The notes beneath the pieces were generated by a model, which saw nothing but the letters and a program-made list of their open reading frames with translations, searched no databases and had not been told where the DNA came from. Of a stretch of 64,000 nt of DNA, positions 51,615-64,000 are shown piece by piece; position 1 is the first letter of the stretch; each line of letters begins with the position of its first letter. The stretch is taken from assembly GCA_050273025.1 (NCBI GenBank), contig CP158635.1, positions 12,028,001-12,092,000 on the forward strand. Reading direction: 5' to 3'. The position numbers were made by a program, and so were the translations under genes. This stretch comes from Cenococcum geophilum. Taxonomy: Eukaryota.

Positions 51615-52292
51615 CTTACTAACTTACGCGAAAGAATAGATAATAGCTATAAGATTTACTTAATCGTTTACTCTTATTACTAGCCGTTTATATATAACCT
51701 AATCTGCCGTTTATAACTACCTTCCTAAATAAATAAAGTGGTTCTTAGTTGCAAACCTTTAAGGCCTTTTTTTAAGGCAATTTTAGCTTATCGGCTAGTG
51801 GGCCTTTAATAAACTAAATAAGATTAGATCCTCTAATAAGAAGAAAATAGAAGGGATATAGATAGGGCGTATATTTATAACCGAGAGTATTATAGAGTAG
51901 TTACGGCGCCAGCTAGCTATAAAATCTTTTTAGTACTAGCCAACGGTATCTAGGGCTGCTTTTAGATTATCCTTAACGCTATTAATACCGTATACTATAT
52001 TCTTAATAAAATCTTTTAGCGACGCTATATTATATAGGGTAGTACTAGGATATTCTTTAACGTATTTATAGAGGAAAGAGGTAGAGGGTAAGAGCGGGAT
52101 AGAATCCGGCTATAGTAGTACGTTAATTATAACTTACTAGTTCTATAGCTCTACCTTCCTCTAGTAAGCTTTTACTATCTTTAGCTTAAAATACTTTTAA
52201 ACTCCGGTGCCGTCTATACCCTCCCTACTTTACTTAGAACCCTTTGCCCTTACTCTAGCAAAGAACTAGTAAGGGTCTTTCTTTCTTAGCAT
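51615..52292 (-). pseudogene. 5' part of a DUF3435-like tyrosine recombinase (Starship captain), RIPed and truncated by the Gypsy A2 LTR
   Basis: ATG at 52292: MLRKKDPY*FFARV...GV*KYF...AY*RKVEL*N, intron, YVKEYP...SLKDFIKNIVYGI...TVG*Y*KDFIASWRR, intron, FIKGPLADKLKLP...FATKNHFIYLGR*L*TAD*VIY...RVND*VNLIAIIYSFA*VSK. The last motif de-RIPs to about S.ARVGE, the catalytic Arg box. Recognised from memory of the family. Confidence 0.72.
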
Positions 52293-54109
52293 TTTATAAA
52301 GAACGTATAATATAAGTAGAAGTTAGTGTAAAAAGGAAGGGAAGAAGAAATATAAAGATAAGCTTAGAGGAATAGACAGGCGGAAAAGCTAACGAATAGT
52401 AGGTAAAAGAAGAGAGGATAGGATGGAAATTAAGCGATAGGTAGGTAAAATAGAGCGAACAGACACGACTAAAAGGAGATCTTATAATAAGAGGGATAAG
52501 GTGCCTTCTCTCTAACTAAAATCTTTAGGGACGCTATATTATAATATGGATATAGCTTAGGACGGGCAAATGCTCTATTTTAAGGAAGGCCTAATTTTAG
52601 AAACCCTAGGGGCCCCAAATATAGCCCTATAAGATTGTTGTATAGAGTTAATAATTTGCATTATAAGGACGTAGCATTTTTAAGGCATAATTAGTTGCTA
52701 AGGTAGAGGAGTAGGAACGTAACTAAGTAGACTAAGTAGCCTTAGCAGGGCCTGAGCAGTGGGTAAGGTAAGGGTGCTTAGCGCCTAAGTAGAGCGGCGA
52801 TGCTAACTAACCGAGTCGGATTCCGCCAAGGGGAGTTTTGGTCTATAATTACCACAGTTACGCCAATCTAGAACACTTTACTTACCCCTAAACTTAGATA
52901 TATTAATGGCTCCGCAAGACTAGGCGTCTTTTAATTCATGGCTAAGAAACATATATAAGAGTTACGTCGGATTAATAAGTATGGCGCAGTTATTATTAGA
53001 TCAAGGTGCTAGACCTAGCGCTTAGTATAGCATAGACTTCTAGGGTTTAAGAATCGAAGCTATACGCCGGCTTAGAACTATAGACGGTAATATAAAGCGT
53101 ATTTTGAAAATTATTTGCGATTAGGTAGTAGCGACACTAGAACCTTTTAAAACCCGCGCTTTAAAGGGCTATAAAGTTTAGGAGTCACCGACCTAATAAG
53201 TAAAGTCGTGCTAAAGGGTGTTATATAAAGGGTTGACAATTTCTTTAAAGAACTCGTTAATTATGTTAATAGTAATAACTAGGCACCATATAATACTAAA
53301 GGATGTTAATAATATAGGGGTTGTCTAAAATATGCATAATAGGTTATAATTAGATATATATAAGTTAGTTTATTCCATTAAAAGCATAACTTATATATAA
53401 TGCCTTTATTTTTACCTATATTACATAAAAACATAAAAAAGAGAAATAATAATAATTAAAATTGGTAGAATCCCTATATATTCGGACTATCTTATCTAGT
53501 ACTTTTATCAAGATTCAATATTTATTAATAAGGATTAAATATTAATAAAAGCGCTAACCTTATCTAATATACAAATAATATTTATAGAAAGTAGCTATTA
53601 TAATGGTGAAATGCGACTATAGGGTAGTTATAGTGCAGTTAAGTTACAATTATTAAGCTAGGAATACTACTTCCTAATAACCAATAGAGTATAGTAGAGC
53701 AATAGTAATAAATAGAGCTATTGTTAATCGTAAAAACCAGGACAGGAAATGAGGACTCGTGTTAGTAATCTTGTTAGATTGGCGGTAATATAGCGTAGAC
53801 AGCTAGATCCAATTTGCTTTAGCGGTAGATTTACTAATTTAATTAGTAGCGCGGAGTAGATCCTAAAGCTTTAGAGCTCCTAAAGCGCCAGTTCTATACC
53901 TAATTAAAAAAGGGAGGCTAAGGAGGAAGGATTAATAAGGTATTAAAGCGTGGTGTTAAGCTAATTAGTAAAGCTCTATAATGACTTAGAGTTTAAAAAT
54001 AGAAGTATTTTCTATACAATTTAGGAAGCCTACCTATCTTACTTTCCTTCCTACGTCCTTCCTCCATACATAATTACGCCTTAGCTCTCTTTTGCCTCCC
54101 TTAATTATA

Positions 54110-55497
54110 TAAAGTAATATTTTCCTATAAGCGCAGCCGCGCCTACTAACGACGTTATACTTAGGCCTAAGTTAATTAACCTAAAGGCAGACGACTCTAA
54201 AAGCTTTAATAAATTTCGGCTATATAGTAAGCAGTATATACGGTATAGAGCTCTAGCAAAGAGGCTAAAAAATACTAAGTAATAAATATTACTAATCTAG
54301 CGTTAGGGGGAAAATATCTTTCTAAAGGAGTCGGACGGCAATATAACGTTTTACTACTGCTAGCTTTATAAGAAGTAGAAGCAACTTTAAAAGCTTATAA
54401 TAGTGTTAAAGGGGAGGTGTATAGCTCTAAATTACCTCTATTAAGATTATAATATAAATAGATCTACTAGCAAGCTTAAAGAGAGGCGTTCTTCTAATTC
54501 GGATTAGCTAATAATTAAAGATTATCCTACTTAGTAGTTGCTTAAACTAAGTTATAATTTTAAAAGCTTTAAACAGCTCTTAATTTAATAGATTATATAC
54601 TACTATATTGCCTTTTTCTAATTTAAGAATAAGTATTTCCGCAACCTTCTCTTCTTCCTATATCTAGGCCTTAAGAAGCTTCTTCTAAAGGCTGCGAGTA
54701 TAATTTATGGCTAGGTAGTTAAGGCTTATAAAAAACGGAAGGAGGAGCTTAAGATTAACTTTTAGGAAGCTTAAAGCGCAATATTAATATTTTTTAATCT
54801 TTAGATATTACCAAATTCCCATATAGTTCTTAGTATAGTTACTTATTTTATTAATAAAAAAGGGAGGCGTTATAATGTAGTTTTAGGCCTATAAGAGGTA
54901 CTTAGTAAATATAGTAGTAAGAACTAAGCAGGCGTACTAGTTACGCTCTTTAAGGAGTATAGTAACTATAGTACAATAGAATATTTTATAGCTAATAATA
55001 CAGAGTTAAATAATACGTATATTAACGCTATCCTTTAAGCTCTTTATTAAAACATATTAGTAAAGTAGTAAAAGGCACGTTAACTATATTGCTTTGGTTA
55101 TATTATAAACCTCTACGCCTAGGCTTTTATTATAGGGAAGGACTCTAAAAAGATTTATAAGTAGATTTCTACTACCTATTATAATAAGGATATAGCAGCA
55201 ATTAAGAAGCTTTAGAGAAAGCGTAGAGTAATTAGATTACTTTATAATATTATCTGGTTTATTTACCTAACACCCTAGCGTTATAGCTTCTTTACGAGGA
55301 TCTAAATGGGAGGTTTATTAGCTGAGTCCAACAGCTTAGAGGTAGGTAATAAGATCTTATATTAGCATTTAGTATTAAAATCTAAGCTTTAACTTTCCCT
55401 CTAACGTTATAAGCAAGGAAGTTAATTAGCTTAGTTGCGAATTTTCTATATACTAGTAAAAAACTACGCAGTCTTTCTACATGGTTGTAATATTTTG
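54110..55497 (+). pseudogene. hAT-family transposase relic (Restless/Tfo1-like), 3'-truncated by an LTR
   Basis: IFFNL*ILPN (ISFDLWTSPN), LGL*EVLSKYSSKN*A (GEHSGENQA), YFIANNTELNNT (DNA..ND), CFGYIINL (CxGHxxNL). Start approximate; TIR not located. Confidence 0.82.
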
Positions 55498-58400
55498 TGT
55501 CATGGAACAGGGGCAGTGGCTACAGAGCGTATGTATTTAAGGAGTCTACAAGACGTTGCGCGATCGATCGTAAGGGTCGAGGGCGTAAGGAGGTAATATA
55601 CCTACGTGTAGCTGATATAAGCTGTATATTACGGCACTGGCAGAACTTGGCAGAACTTTGTGGTTACGTGACTAGAGGACTGCATAAAAGAACCCTTCTT
55701 CGACTAACGCTGCTCTCCTTCTCCTTTCCTTTCTCTAGCTTTAGATTTTCGTTTATAGACAATCCAATTATATAGGCTTGCGCGTCCCTTTTGCTGTGCC
55801 TATGCCTTAATTAACTAAGTCGCTAATATTATCTAAAGCTTACTCTACTCTTTTTTCCTAAGAAGGAACTTAAATATATCTATAAGAATATAGAATAGGA
55901 CCCTAAGGACATTACTAAAACCACAAGGATAGGACCTAAAAGAAAAGAATAAAACCCTAAGGAAAGGACCTATAAGATATATATAGACCAGAACCCCTAA
56001 AGAAATTACCTAGAATTACCTAATACCCCTACCACTATGCCACGAACCACGGTAGCAGGTAAAGTAGCTGTAGGACTCTTAAATACTTTAGATAAAGAAA
56101 TAATTAACGTTTTAACCCCCTAGGCGGAGCTTGCGGCTACTAATACCGAAATTAAACAACTACGAGAGCTGCTTAAAGCTAGAGATACCCCTATATCTAA
56201 TAATAAGTTATTATTAAATAACTAAAGACTTGCTATAGTCCTTTAGGCCCTATCCTAGCGCCTTAATAGATCTACTAAGGCTTATATAGCACTAAAGCGG
56301 TTAGTAAAGATTATGGACCCCCCGCTACTTATAGACGGAACCGACCCTATATTTAATAATTAGAAGCTTTAATTACGGGACAAGCTTAAAGTTAATATAG
56401 ACTACTTCCCTAGCGCCCGAGCTAGAATAGCCTATATCTTTAGCCGTACTGGCGGAGACGCCTAGACGTATTTACGCCCGCGATACACTAAAGACTTAAT
56501 AGACCCCTTTATCTCTAAAGAAGAAATAATTAAATACTTATCTTCTATTTATAAAGACCCTTTTAAAGTATAAAACGCCCGCCTTAGCTATAAAAGCCTA
56601 AATATAAAAATAACGGAGACCTTTTTGGCCTTTTAAACCCGCTTTTTATACCTGGCCGGATAGGCCTAGATCTCCTAGGAAGACCTACTACTAAACCTCT
56701 TTAATAAGCTTACCCTAGACCTATAGCGGGCTATATTGCTAGCTTATACTATAGTATAGACGTTAAAGGAACTTACGGACTATTGCCTAGCTATTAACTA
56801 AGGCCTTTATTAAATTAAGGCACGCGCTAATTGGCTAAAAACTAGAAACCTTGTAAACTAGGCCGTAAGTACTATAAGTACGGCCTATAGTGCCCCGGCA
56901 TAATTAGTAACCCCTATAGTTAACCTAGTAGCTAGCCGCGTAGCTACCCCTACTATGGGCCTGGTATACACCTAGCCTATATATAGTGACCTCTATATAT
57001 AGGCCCTTAGTAATTAAGGAGCTTGCTTCTTATACGGTTAAATAGGCTACCCTATAAGGAACTACTTAATAAAGGTAAAGACTAATAAGGTCCTATTAAT
57101 TTAGGAGGATAATACGGAGCTAGAAAAAGAGGAACCTTAGAGGAAGACTCTTCTCTAAGGTTAAAAGGGATTAATATATTATATATTAATCTAGGTCGGC
57201 TAGTTAGTAGAAAAAGCTATACTATCCCTTATACTTTATTTTGTAATAGATATTAAGTTTTAATCTCTACTTTAGCTAACTTAGGAGTAAATACCTTTAC
57301 TTTAATTAACACAAAGTGCGCTATAAAACTGGCTGACTTTTTAAATATACCCTCTAAAGAACTGCCTAAACTAATCCCTATTCGCGGTTATAACGGACGG
57401 GTAGGGCTACCTATTATAACTATCTTATAGATCTACCTCCGCGTTAACGGATAAAGGTAGTATAACGTCCCCTTCTTTATTATGGACCTTAGAAGCTATA
57501 ATATAATCTTAGGGAGAAAATGGCTAGCCTATTTAGGCTTATAGCTTAACGTACGGAATAGGCAGCTTATCTGGCCCAAAACTATACCCCTAACGCCTTC
57601 CTTTATAAAAAATATTAGTATTATAATAGAAAACCTTATACGGCTATAGATAGACACTATTTACTAGGCCGATGCGACGCGTAGGAACTAGGCTTTTAAA
57701 AAGGATATATAGCTTAATCTATAACGGATCCGTATATTATACCGCCCCTAAACTACCTATATTACACTACCCGCACTAAAGACTTAGGAAGTTAGTAATA
57801 GCCTAGCTAAGTCCCTAATAAAGAACTAAGGCTCTACGCAGCTATAAAGGAAGGCTAAGGATATTGAATAATATACTAAACTAATAGACTAGAAGGATAA
57901 CTTATAAAAAATAGAATATAGGCTAAGGAAGACTATAAACCTTATACCGCAAAATACGGCCTAATAAATATCCGTAAAGAAGCCTACGGACCTCCCACCA
58001 GTTAATATCTGCTATATTAGCGCTATAGGATTTTACTAGAACCTAGTTTAGCCTAATACTATTACCTTTATAACTAGCTTATACGAAATTAATTAAATAA
58101 TTAAAGAGAAAGAAGCCCTAGCCTAAGAGAAAGATAAGCTTATAGATAAGAAGCTAGTAGAATAGAAACTGCCCCGTTAATACTAGAAATTTAAAAATAC
58201 CTTCTCCAAAGCAGCGTCTAATATACTCCCGCCTTACTAACCGTATAACTATAAGATTAAAATTAAGCCGGATAAGGTGGTTACCCTTAGCTATAGCCCC
58301 CTCCGACAGTAATCTACTGCCGAATTATAGGCTATAAAGTAGTATCTTATTAATAACCTAGATAAGGGCTTTATTAAGCCTAGTTAAGCCCCTTTTAACT

Positions 58401-61400
58401 TACCTATTCTCTTTGCCAAAAAGCTAAATAGAGGACTTTGTTTCTGTATTAACTACTATAAGCTTAATAATTTAACCCTTAAAGACCGCTACCCACTACC
58501 TTTACTTAATAAGACTTTAGCCTAAATAAGTAGAGCTAAGATCTTTATAAAGCTTAATATCCGCTAGGCTTTTTACTAAATTAGGATAAACCCTAAATTA
58601 GAAAACCTTACTACGTTTTAGACCCGTTACAGAACGTATAAATATAAAGTACTGCCTTTTAGACTAACTAACGGACCGGCCATATACTAACGATATATAA
58701 ATAATATACTATTTAACTACCTTAATAACTTTTATACAGCATACCTAAATAATATTATAATTTACTCTAAAAATAAACTGGAATATAAAGAGTATATCTA
58801 TAAAGTCTTATAACGGCTTTAGGAAGCTAGCCTCTAAGCCAATATTAAGAAGTTAGAATTTAGTGTTAAGTATATAAAGTATTTAGGGTTTATTATTAGT
58901 ATAAACGGAATTAAGGCAGACCTAGAAAAGACGGCCGTAATTAACTAATATGTACCCCTAAGGACCATAAAGGGGGTATAGTTATTCTTAGGGTTCTATA
59001 ACTTCTACCAACGCTTTATTAAGAACTATAGTAGGATTACCTAGCTACTAAGCCTACTTACCTATAAGGACCGGCCCTTTTACTTTAATACCGTATATAG
59101 GTAGGCCTTTAATAAGCTTAAGAAACGACTGGTCTCTGCTCCTTTACTTACCTACTTTAACCTAGAACGGCCCTTAATGCTAGAAACCAATGCCTTAGAT
59201 AGTGTTATAGCTGGCGTTTACTCTTAAAAGTAGATAGATAGAGAATAGCACCCTATTGCTTATTATTTAAAGACTATAGTAGATATTAAGCTAAACTACC
59301 CAATTTACAACAAAGAAATGCTGGCTATTATCTCTAGCTTTTAGCACTGGCGAGCCTAACTAGAAGGCACCCCTAAGTTTATTTAGGTAGTTTCCAATTA
59401 TAAGGCCTTAGAATATTTTATAATAATAAAGGCCCTTATAGCCCGATAGGCGCGCTAGGCGGATACCCTATCTTAATTTAACTTCCTAATTATATATAGG
59501 CTAGGCGCCACTAACCGTGTGGACGCTTTTATAAGGCTTAAATAAGATATAAATAACTAGATAGCTGTAAAGATCTTATTATAAACCTAAGCGCTACTAT
59601 AACCAGAGTACCTTAACTTCTAAATATAGGCAGAACTAAATATAGACTCTTTAAATGCTAAGATATGCCCTATTAACTCTATAGAACTAGACCTTATTAA
59701 TAAACTGCTATAGGTAAACTGTACGGCCCCTTCTTTATAGAAGTACTATAAAAAGGTAAGGAACGTTTCTAGCCTATAGTCCCTTAAAAGTGGACTACTT
59801 AAGCACCGTAAACGGCTAGTGGTAGTAGAGGAATAAAACTTACGGACTTAGCTTATTGCCAAAGCATATGCCTAGGTCTTTACAGCCTACCCTAGAAAAA
59901 ATAAAACCTATAGGATTATTAGCGACCGCTACTACTAGCCCGGAATAATTATAGATATTAACCGCTATATATAGAACTGCAATAACTGCTATAGGTCCAC
60001 AATTCCACGAGATAAAACCCTAGGATTATTAAAACCCCTCCTAATACCTGACCGCCCCTAGTAATATATCTCTATAGACTTTTATAAGCTACCTCTAGAC
60101 TATAACGGATATAATATGGTTATAATCCTAGTTAACCGCTTTAGTAAATACCTGTTTTTAATTCCCTATTATAAGAATATTAATGCTAAAGAGGCGGCCT
60201 AACTATATATTTACTACGTCTACTAAATTTACGGACTACTAGATACTATTATATCTAACTATAGGCCGCAGTTTATATTAGCCTTTTAGAATAAGTTTAC
60301 CCGGATCCTAGGTATTAAGCTAAAGCTTTTTATGGTATATTACCCCTAGATAGACGGTTAAACGGAGATTATAAATTAATACTTGGACTAGAGACTTTAG
60401 CCTTTTATTAACTACTTCTAGGATAACTAGGCTAAACTATTGCCCTTAATAGACTACGCTTAAGCTACCCTACCCCACAACTCTACTAGATTTGCCCCTA
60501 TTTAACTAGAAATAGGTTACCTACCCTATATAAGCTTTAATTAGGAAAGACCAGAAGGGCCCTAAACTATACGCGAAAAACTATCTTATAAGGAAGCCTA
60601 GTAGTACGCTAAGCGCTTAGAAGAAGCCTAAAAAGTAGCCTATACAAACCTAAAAAAGGCTTAGAAATTAATGGAATAGCAGGTAAATAAGTATAGGCGC
60701 GAGCCTAAGTTTACTGTAGGTAATATAGTCTAGGTTATAATAAAGAACTAGAAGACAGAACGGCTTAGCTATAAGCTAAACTATAAAATAGTAGAACTAT
60801 ATAAGATTCTTAATAAAGTAGGCAACTTATATAAGGTTAAGCTCCCAGATTTAATTAAAGTTTACCCTATTTTCTTACCGGATAAGCTATAAAAAGCTAT
60901 AAATAACCTACTGCCCGGATAAAAGAATAAACCTCCCCTACTAATTTAAGTTAACGACGATAATAAATAGGAAATTAAAAAAAATACTAGCCTATAAACT
61001 TGTAAAGGGAATATTAAAGTATTATATTAGTTAGAAAGGATATAACCTAGACCCTACTTAGTACCCTATATAGAACTTTATAGGTAGCCCCTATAAGCTT
61101 TAAAAGTTCTATAGCTATTACCCTAATAAACCTAGATTGCTAAAGTACCTAGATAAGTAAATAAAGTGCTAGTATAATAAAGATAATAAGCTACTAGAAG
61201 AATATAAGGATAAAAACACCCTAGAAATTTCTTAGTTATGTAAGGTATTAAAATATCTAGGAACTTCGACCGGCGGTTAAAGTTGTCTAATTGGTTAGAT
61301 TCTCTTACTAAGACTTTTAGCGGCAAAGCCTAAGGGCAGGCTTTTTTAGAGGGGGGGGTAATATTACGGTACTGGTAGAACTTGGCAGAACTTTGCGGTT

Positions 61401-61577
61401 ACGTAACTAGAGGACTGCATAAAAGAACCCTTCTTTAACTAACGCTGCTCTCCTTCTCCTTTCCTTTCTCTAGCTTTAGATTCTCGTTTATAGACAATCC
61501 AATTATACAGGCTTGCGCGTCCCTTTTGCCGTGCCCATGCCTCAATTGACTGAGTCGCTAACACTGTACGCGAGGTA
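55498..61577 (-). mobile_element. Family-A LTR fragment (55498-55626 plus 61569-61577), split by Gypsy D and cut by a pogo-type TIR
   Basis: TGTCATGGAACAGGGGCAGTGGCTACAG... matches the family-A LTRs and resumes as CGCGAGGT after Gypsy D. Confidence 0.85.
55627..61563 (+). mobile_element. Ty3/Gypsy chromovirus, family D, full length, RIPed
   Basis: 202-bp LTRs 55627-55828 and 61362-61563. TSD CTGTA. PPT AGAGGGGGGGG. gag from about 56037, RT (KDRYPLP, VLPFRLTNGP), RNase H, integrase (DG*TEIIN) and chromodomain relic. Confidence 0.94.
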
Positions 61578-61618
61578 ACGTGTTCTATCAGTCATCCGGT
61601 AATATCAGTTATCCGGTT
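61578..61618. mobile_element. pogo/Fot1-type terminal repeat (partner end not found in window)
   Basis: TA|ACGT start with an internal direct repeat TATCAGTCATCCGGT/TATCAGTTATCCGGT. It interrupts the family-A LTR. Confidence 0.55.
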
Positions 61619-61620
61619 TA

Positions 61621-63537
61621 CCTCAGCGAGCTCAGACGTGATTTTTTAGCTAGCGTCGGAATAACCTACGCCGTCTTCCGAATTGCAAAATCACGTCTGA
61701 GAGGGTTTGGCGAGATTTGTTAAAATCCTAAATAAAATCTGCAAAATAGAGATTGCGGATTTCTAATTTATTTATTTATATAACGCGTTATTATTACCAA
61801 AAGTTTATATATTATTTTTAAGACTTAGGGCTTCTAAATGGTATAAATTTTATAATATAACTATTGCTTAGTCCTAACATTAATTTCGTTAAAGTTAAAA
61901 AACGCGTTATTAAAAACCTAAGAATGTATTTATCTTATTAAATAGTCTGCTGATATTAATAAAACTATATAGATATGTAGATATCTACTACTTAAAGCTA
62001 TTACAACACCTAGTAGGTGTTATAGTTAGGCCCTTCCTTAAAAACATACTCCCTTAGCCCGGAGAGCCTCTGCTACTACTGGGGGTAAGCTTTGGGCAGA
62101 GCCTCGCGCAGAGCCTCGTGCAGAGCCTTAGTAGACCTTCGTGCAGACCTTCGTGTAGACCTTCGTGCAGACCTTCGTGCAGACCTTCGTGCAGGCGTGT
62201 AGACGTGTAGATGTGCAGATGTGCAGACGTTCGTACGGGCGATCAATTGCAGAGACGTTTGTAGAGACGATTGTATAGGCGTTCGTACGGGCGTTTGTAC
62301 GGGCGATTGTAGAACCTTCCTAGTATACTAGTATATTAGTGCTGCGTGTTAGTAGAGCTTTGGGGCTCTATATAGGGCTTCGGGCAGAGCTTCGGGCAGA
62401 GCTTCGGGCAGAGCTTCGAGCTTTGAGCAGAGCTTTGAGCAGAGCTTTGAGCAGAGCTTCGAGCAGAGCTTCGAGCAGAGCTTCGAGCAGAGCTTTGAGC
62501 AGAGCTTCGTGCAGAGCTTAATGCAGAGCTTCGTGCAGAGCTTAATGCAGAGCTTCGTGCAGAGCCACGTGCAGGCGTGCAGACCTGCAGATGTGCAGAC
62601 GTGCAGACGTGCAGACGTTCGTACGGGCGTGCAGACCTGTAGATGTGCAGATGTGTAGACGTGTAGACGTTCGTACGGGCGATCAATTGCAGAGACGTTT
62701 GTAGAGACGATTGTATGGGCGTTCATACGGGCGTTCATACGAGCGATTATAGAACCTTCCTAGTATATTAGTGCTGCGTGTTAGTAGAGCTTTGGAGCTC
62801 TATATAGGGCTTCGAGCAGAGCCTCGAGTAGAGCTTTGAGTAGAGCCTCGAGTAGAGCTTCGAGCAGAGCCTCGAGCAGAGCTTTAAGCAGCTTCAAGCA
62901 GAGCTTCGAGCAGAGCTTTGAGCAGAGCTTTTACAGAGCTTCGTACAGAGCTTTGTGCAGAGCCTCCGCAGAGCCTTAGTAGAGCTCCGTGCAGAGCTCC
63001 GTGCAGGTCTCCCCCTAAGCTTCGTTCTGTAGAGCTCTCGCAAAGCTCTACAGCTCTACACAGACGCGGAGCTTATAACTCTATTAGGGCCTACACTATA
63101 ACCTATAAAGGGCTGTAAAGTAAATAAATTAAATAGGTATATAGCAGATGGAATACCCACTAGTTGCGAAGAGGGCTGGTGGCGTAGGCGTAAGCGTGTT
63201 TACTACGCGCCTTAGTAGGGCAGTAGAATTGGAGCCTCTGCGGCAATAAACTCCTCTTAATATCGTGCGTGTATAAGGAGCTAAAGATCTCATAACTTAT
63301 AGAGTAGGCTTTTCTCTATAATTTGGTGTAATTTTTATATTAATAAGTATTGTAGGAGGGTAGATTAATTTTGTTAAAGTTAATAAGGTCTTCTTATATA
63401 AATGGTGTTTAGGTTTTCTATAAATCTCGCCAAAGTCCCTTAGACCAAGAAAACGATTGCCGTCCTAAATTAGCTTAGTGGACGGTGCGGATATTCCTAT
63501 ATCCGCACAATCGATTTCTTAGTCTGAGCTTCTGAGG
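61621..63537. mobile_element. Non-coding inverted-repeat unit with subterminal hairpins and a minisatellite core
   Basis: TTA|CCTCAGCGAGCTCAGAC... versus ...GTCTGAGCTTCTGAGG|TAA. A second inverted match TTTGGCGAGATTT/AAATCTCGCCAAA. Each end forms its own hairpin. Confidence 0.65.
62090..63005. repeat. 12-bp GCAGAGCTTCG(T/A/G) minisatellite with 8-bp GTGCAGAC units and a higher-order duplication
   Basis: Tandem units. The block at about 62223-62390 recurs at about 62664-62822. Confidence 0.92.
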
Positions 63538-63914
63538 TAATTATCCGGTAGCCCCAAAAACCACCAAAAATTGGAAAAACTGCACCTTAATATCTCGATA
63601 ACGGCTTAATAATAAATACCAAAATTTTATAATTAGCCTTTTATACCTATTTTAAACCTCTTATTAGATTTAAAAAATAATCTATTAAGTAGCTCTAGAG
63701 ATATCACGGATATTATAATTTAGTTTAAAATTGGGGGCTAAAACCCAATATCTAAATATTGGCCAGACTTATTATACTAGAACTTTATTAGGGGTCTTAA
63801 TATAGGCGTAAAAGGCTAATTATAAAATTTCAGAATTTATTATTAAGCCGTTGTCGAGATATTAAGGTGCAGTTTTTCTAGTTTTTGGTAGTTTTTGGGG
63901 CTACTGGATAGTTA
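63538..63914. repeat. About 375-bp foldback / MITE-like palindrome
   Basis: TATCCGGTAGCCCCAAAAACCACCAAAAA...GCACCTTAATATCTCGA pairs with TCGAGATATTAAGGTGC...TTTTTGGGGCTACTGGATA. Arms about 150 bp. Confidence 0.85.
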
Positions 63915-64000
63915 CGACCCGGGTTAATACGAGGTTAGGGCCACCCTTGCTAATAACGCGCCCGAACCCCACACGAGGTCGCGCAGCGACCGCCCCCGAG

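Noticed and set aside
51615..51619. CTTAC next to Gypsy A2 equals the TRIM TSD and contains the TTAC Starship target motif
   Set aside because: It lies inside captain coding sequence, and a 5-mer match is expected by chance.
52760..52775. GTAAGGTAAGGG upstream of the captain (and GTAAGGG at 8941) as Starship boundary repeats
   Set aside because: Too short, no supporting terminal inverted repeat and no empty-site comparison available.
52300..54100. Possible gene or hAT left terminus
   Set aside because: AT-rich RIPed sequence with no motif or TIR I could support.
62336..63118. ORFs with CTKL/ARSS/AELR repeats (also 36945-37437 and 35580-35807)
   Set aside because: By-products of stop-free minisatellites and palindromes, open in several frames and on both strands.

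Overview
Filamentous-ascomycete-type genomic DNA, inferred from spliceosomal introns, strong RIP-like CpA>TpA damage and the transposon families present. About 85% of the window is a nest of RIP-degraded transposons. It holds four chromovirus-type Gypsy families (five copies or fragments plus a truncated LTR), one GalEa-type Copia, one Fot1/pogo element, hAT and piggyBac relics, several MITEs and foldbacks, a 446-bp self-priming TRIM and two satellite-filled TIR elements. Only one gene looks intact: a 4-exon, 888-aa protein with a TPR N-terminus and an uncharacterised C-terminal domain (2902-5726), in a small non-RIPed island with NLR-type fragments. Two things stand out. (1) Two independent insertions of a ~1.0-kb retroposon (12661-13670 minus, 43362-44380 plus) each have a target-site duplication and an (ATT)n tail, and both start exactly at the first G of a sequence that folds as an HDV-like ribozyme. 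(2) Beneath the TE nest lie RIPed relics of a DUF3435-like Starship captain (51615-52292, minus) and a Starship-type ferric reductase (about 10115-12307, minus), suggesting a dead, TE-inflated Starship broken by recombination between Gypsy copies. All family assignments come from reading motifs by eye; no database search was run.
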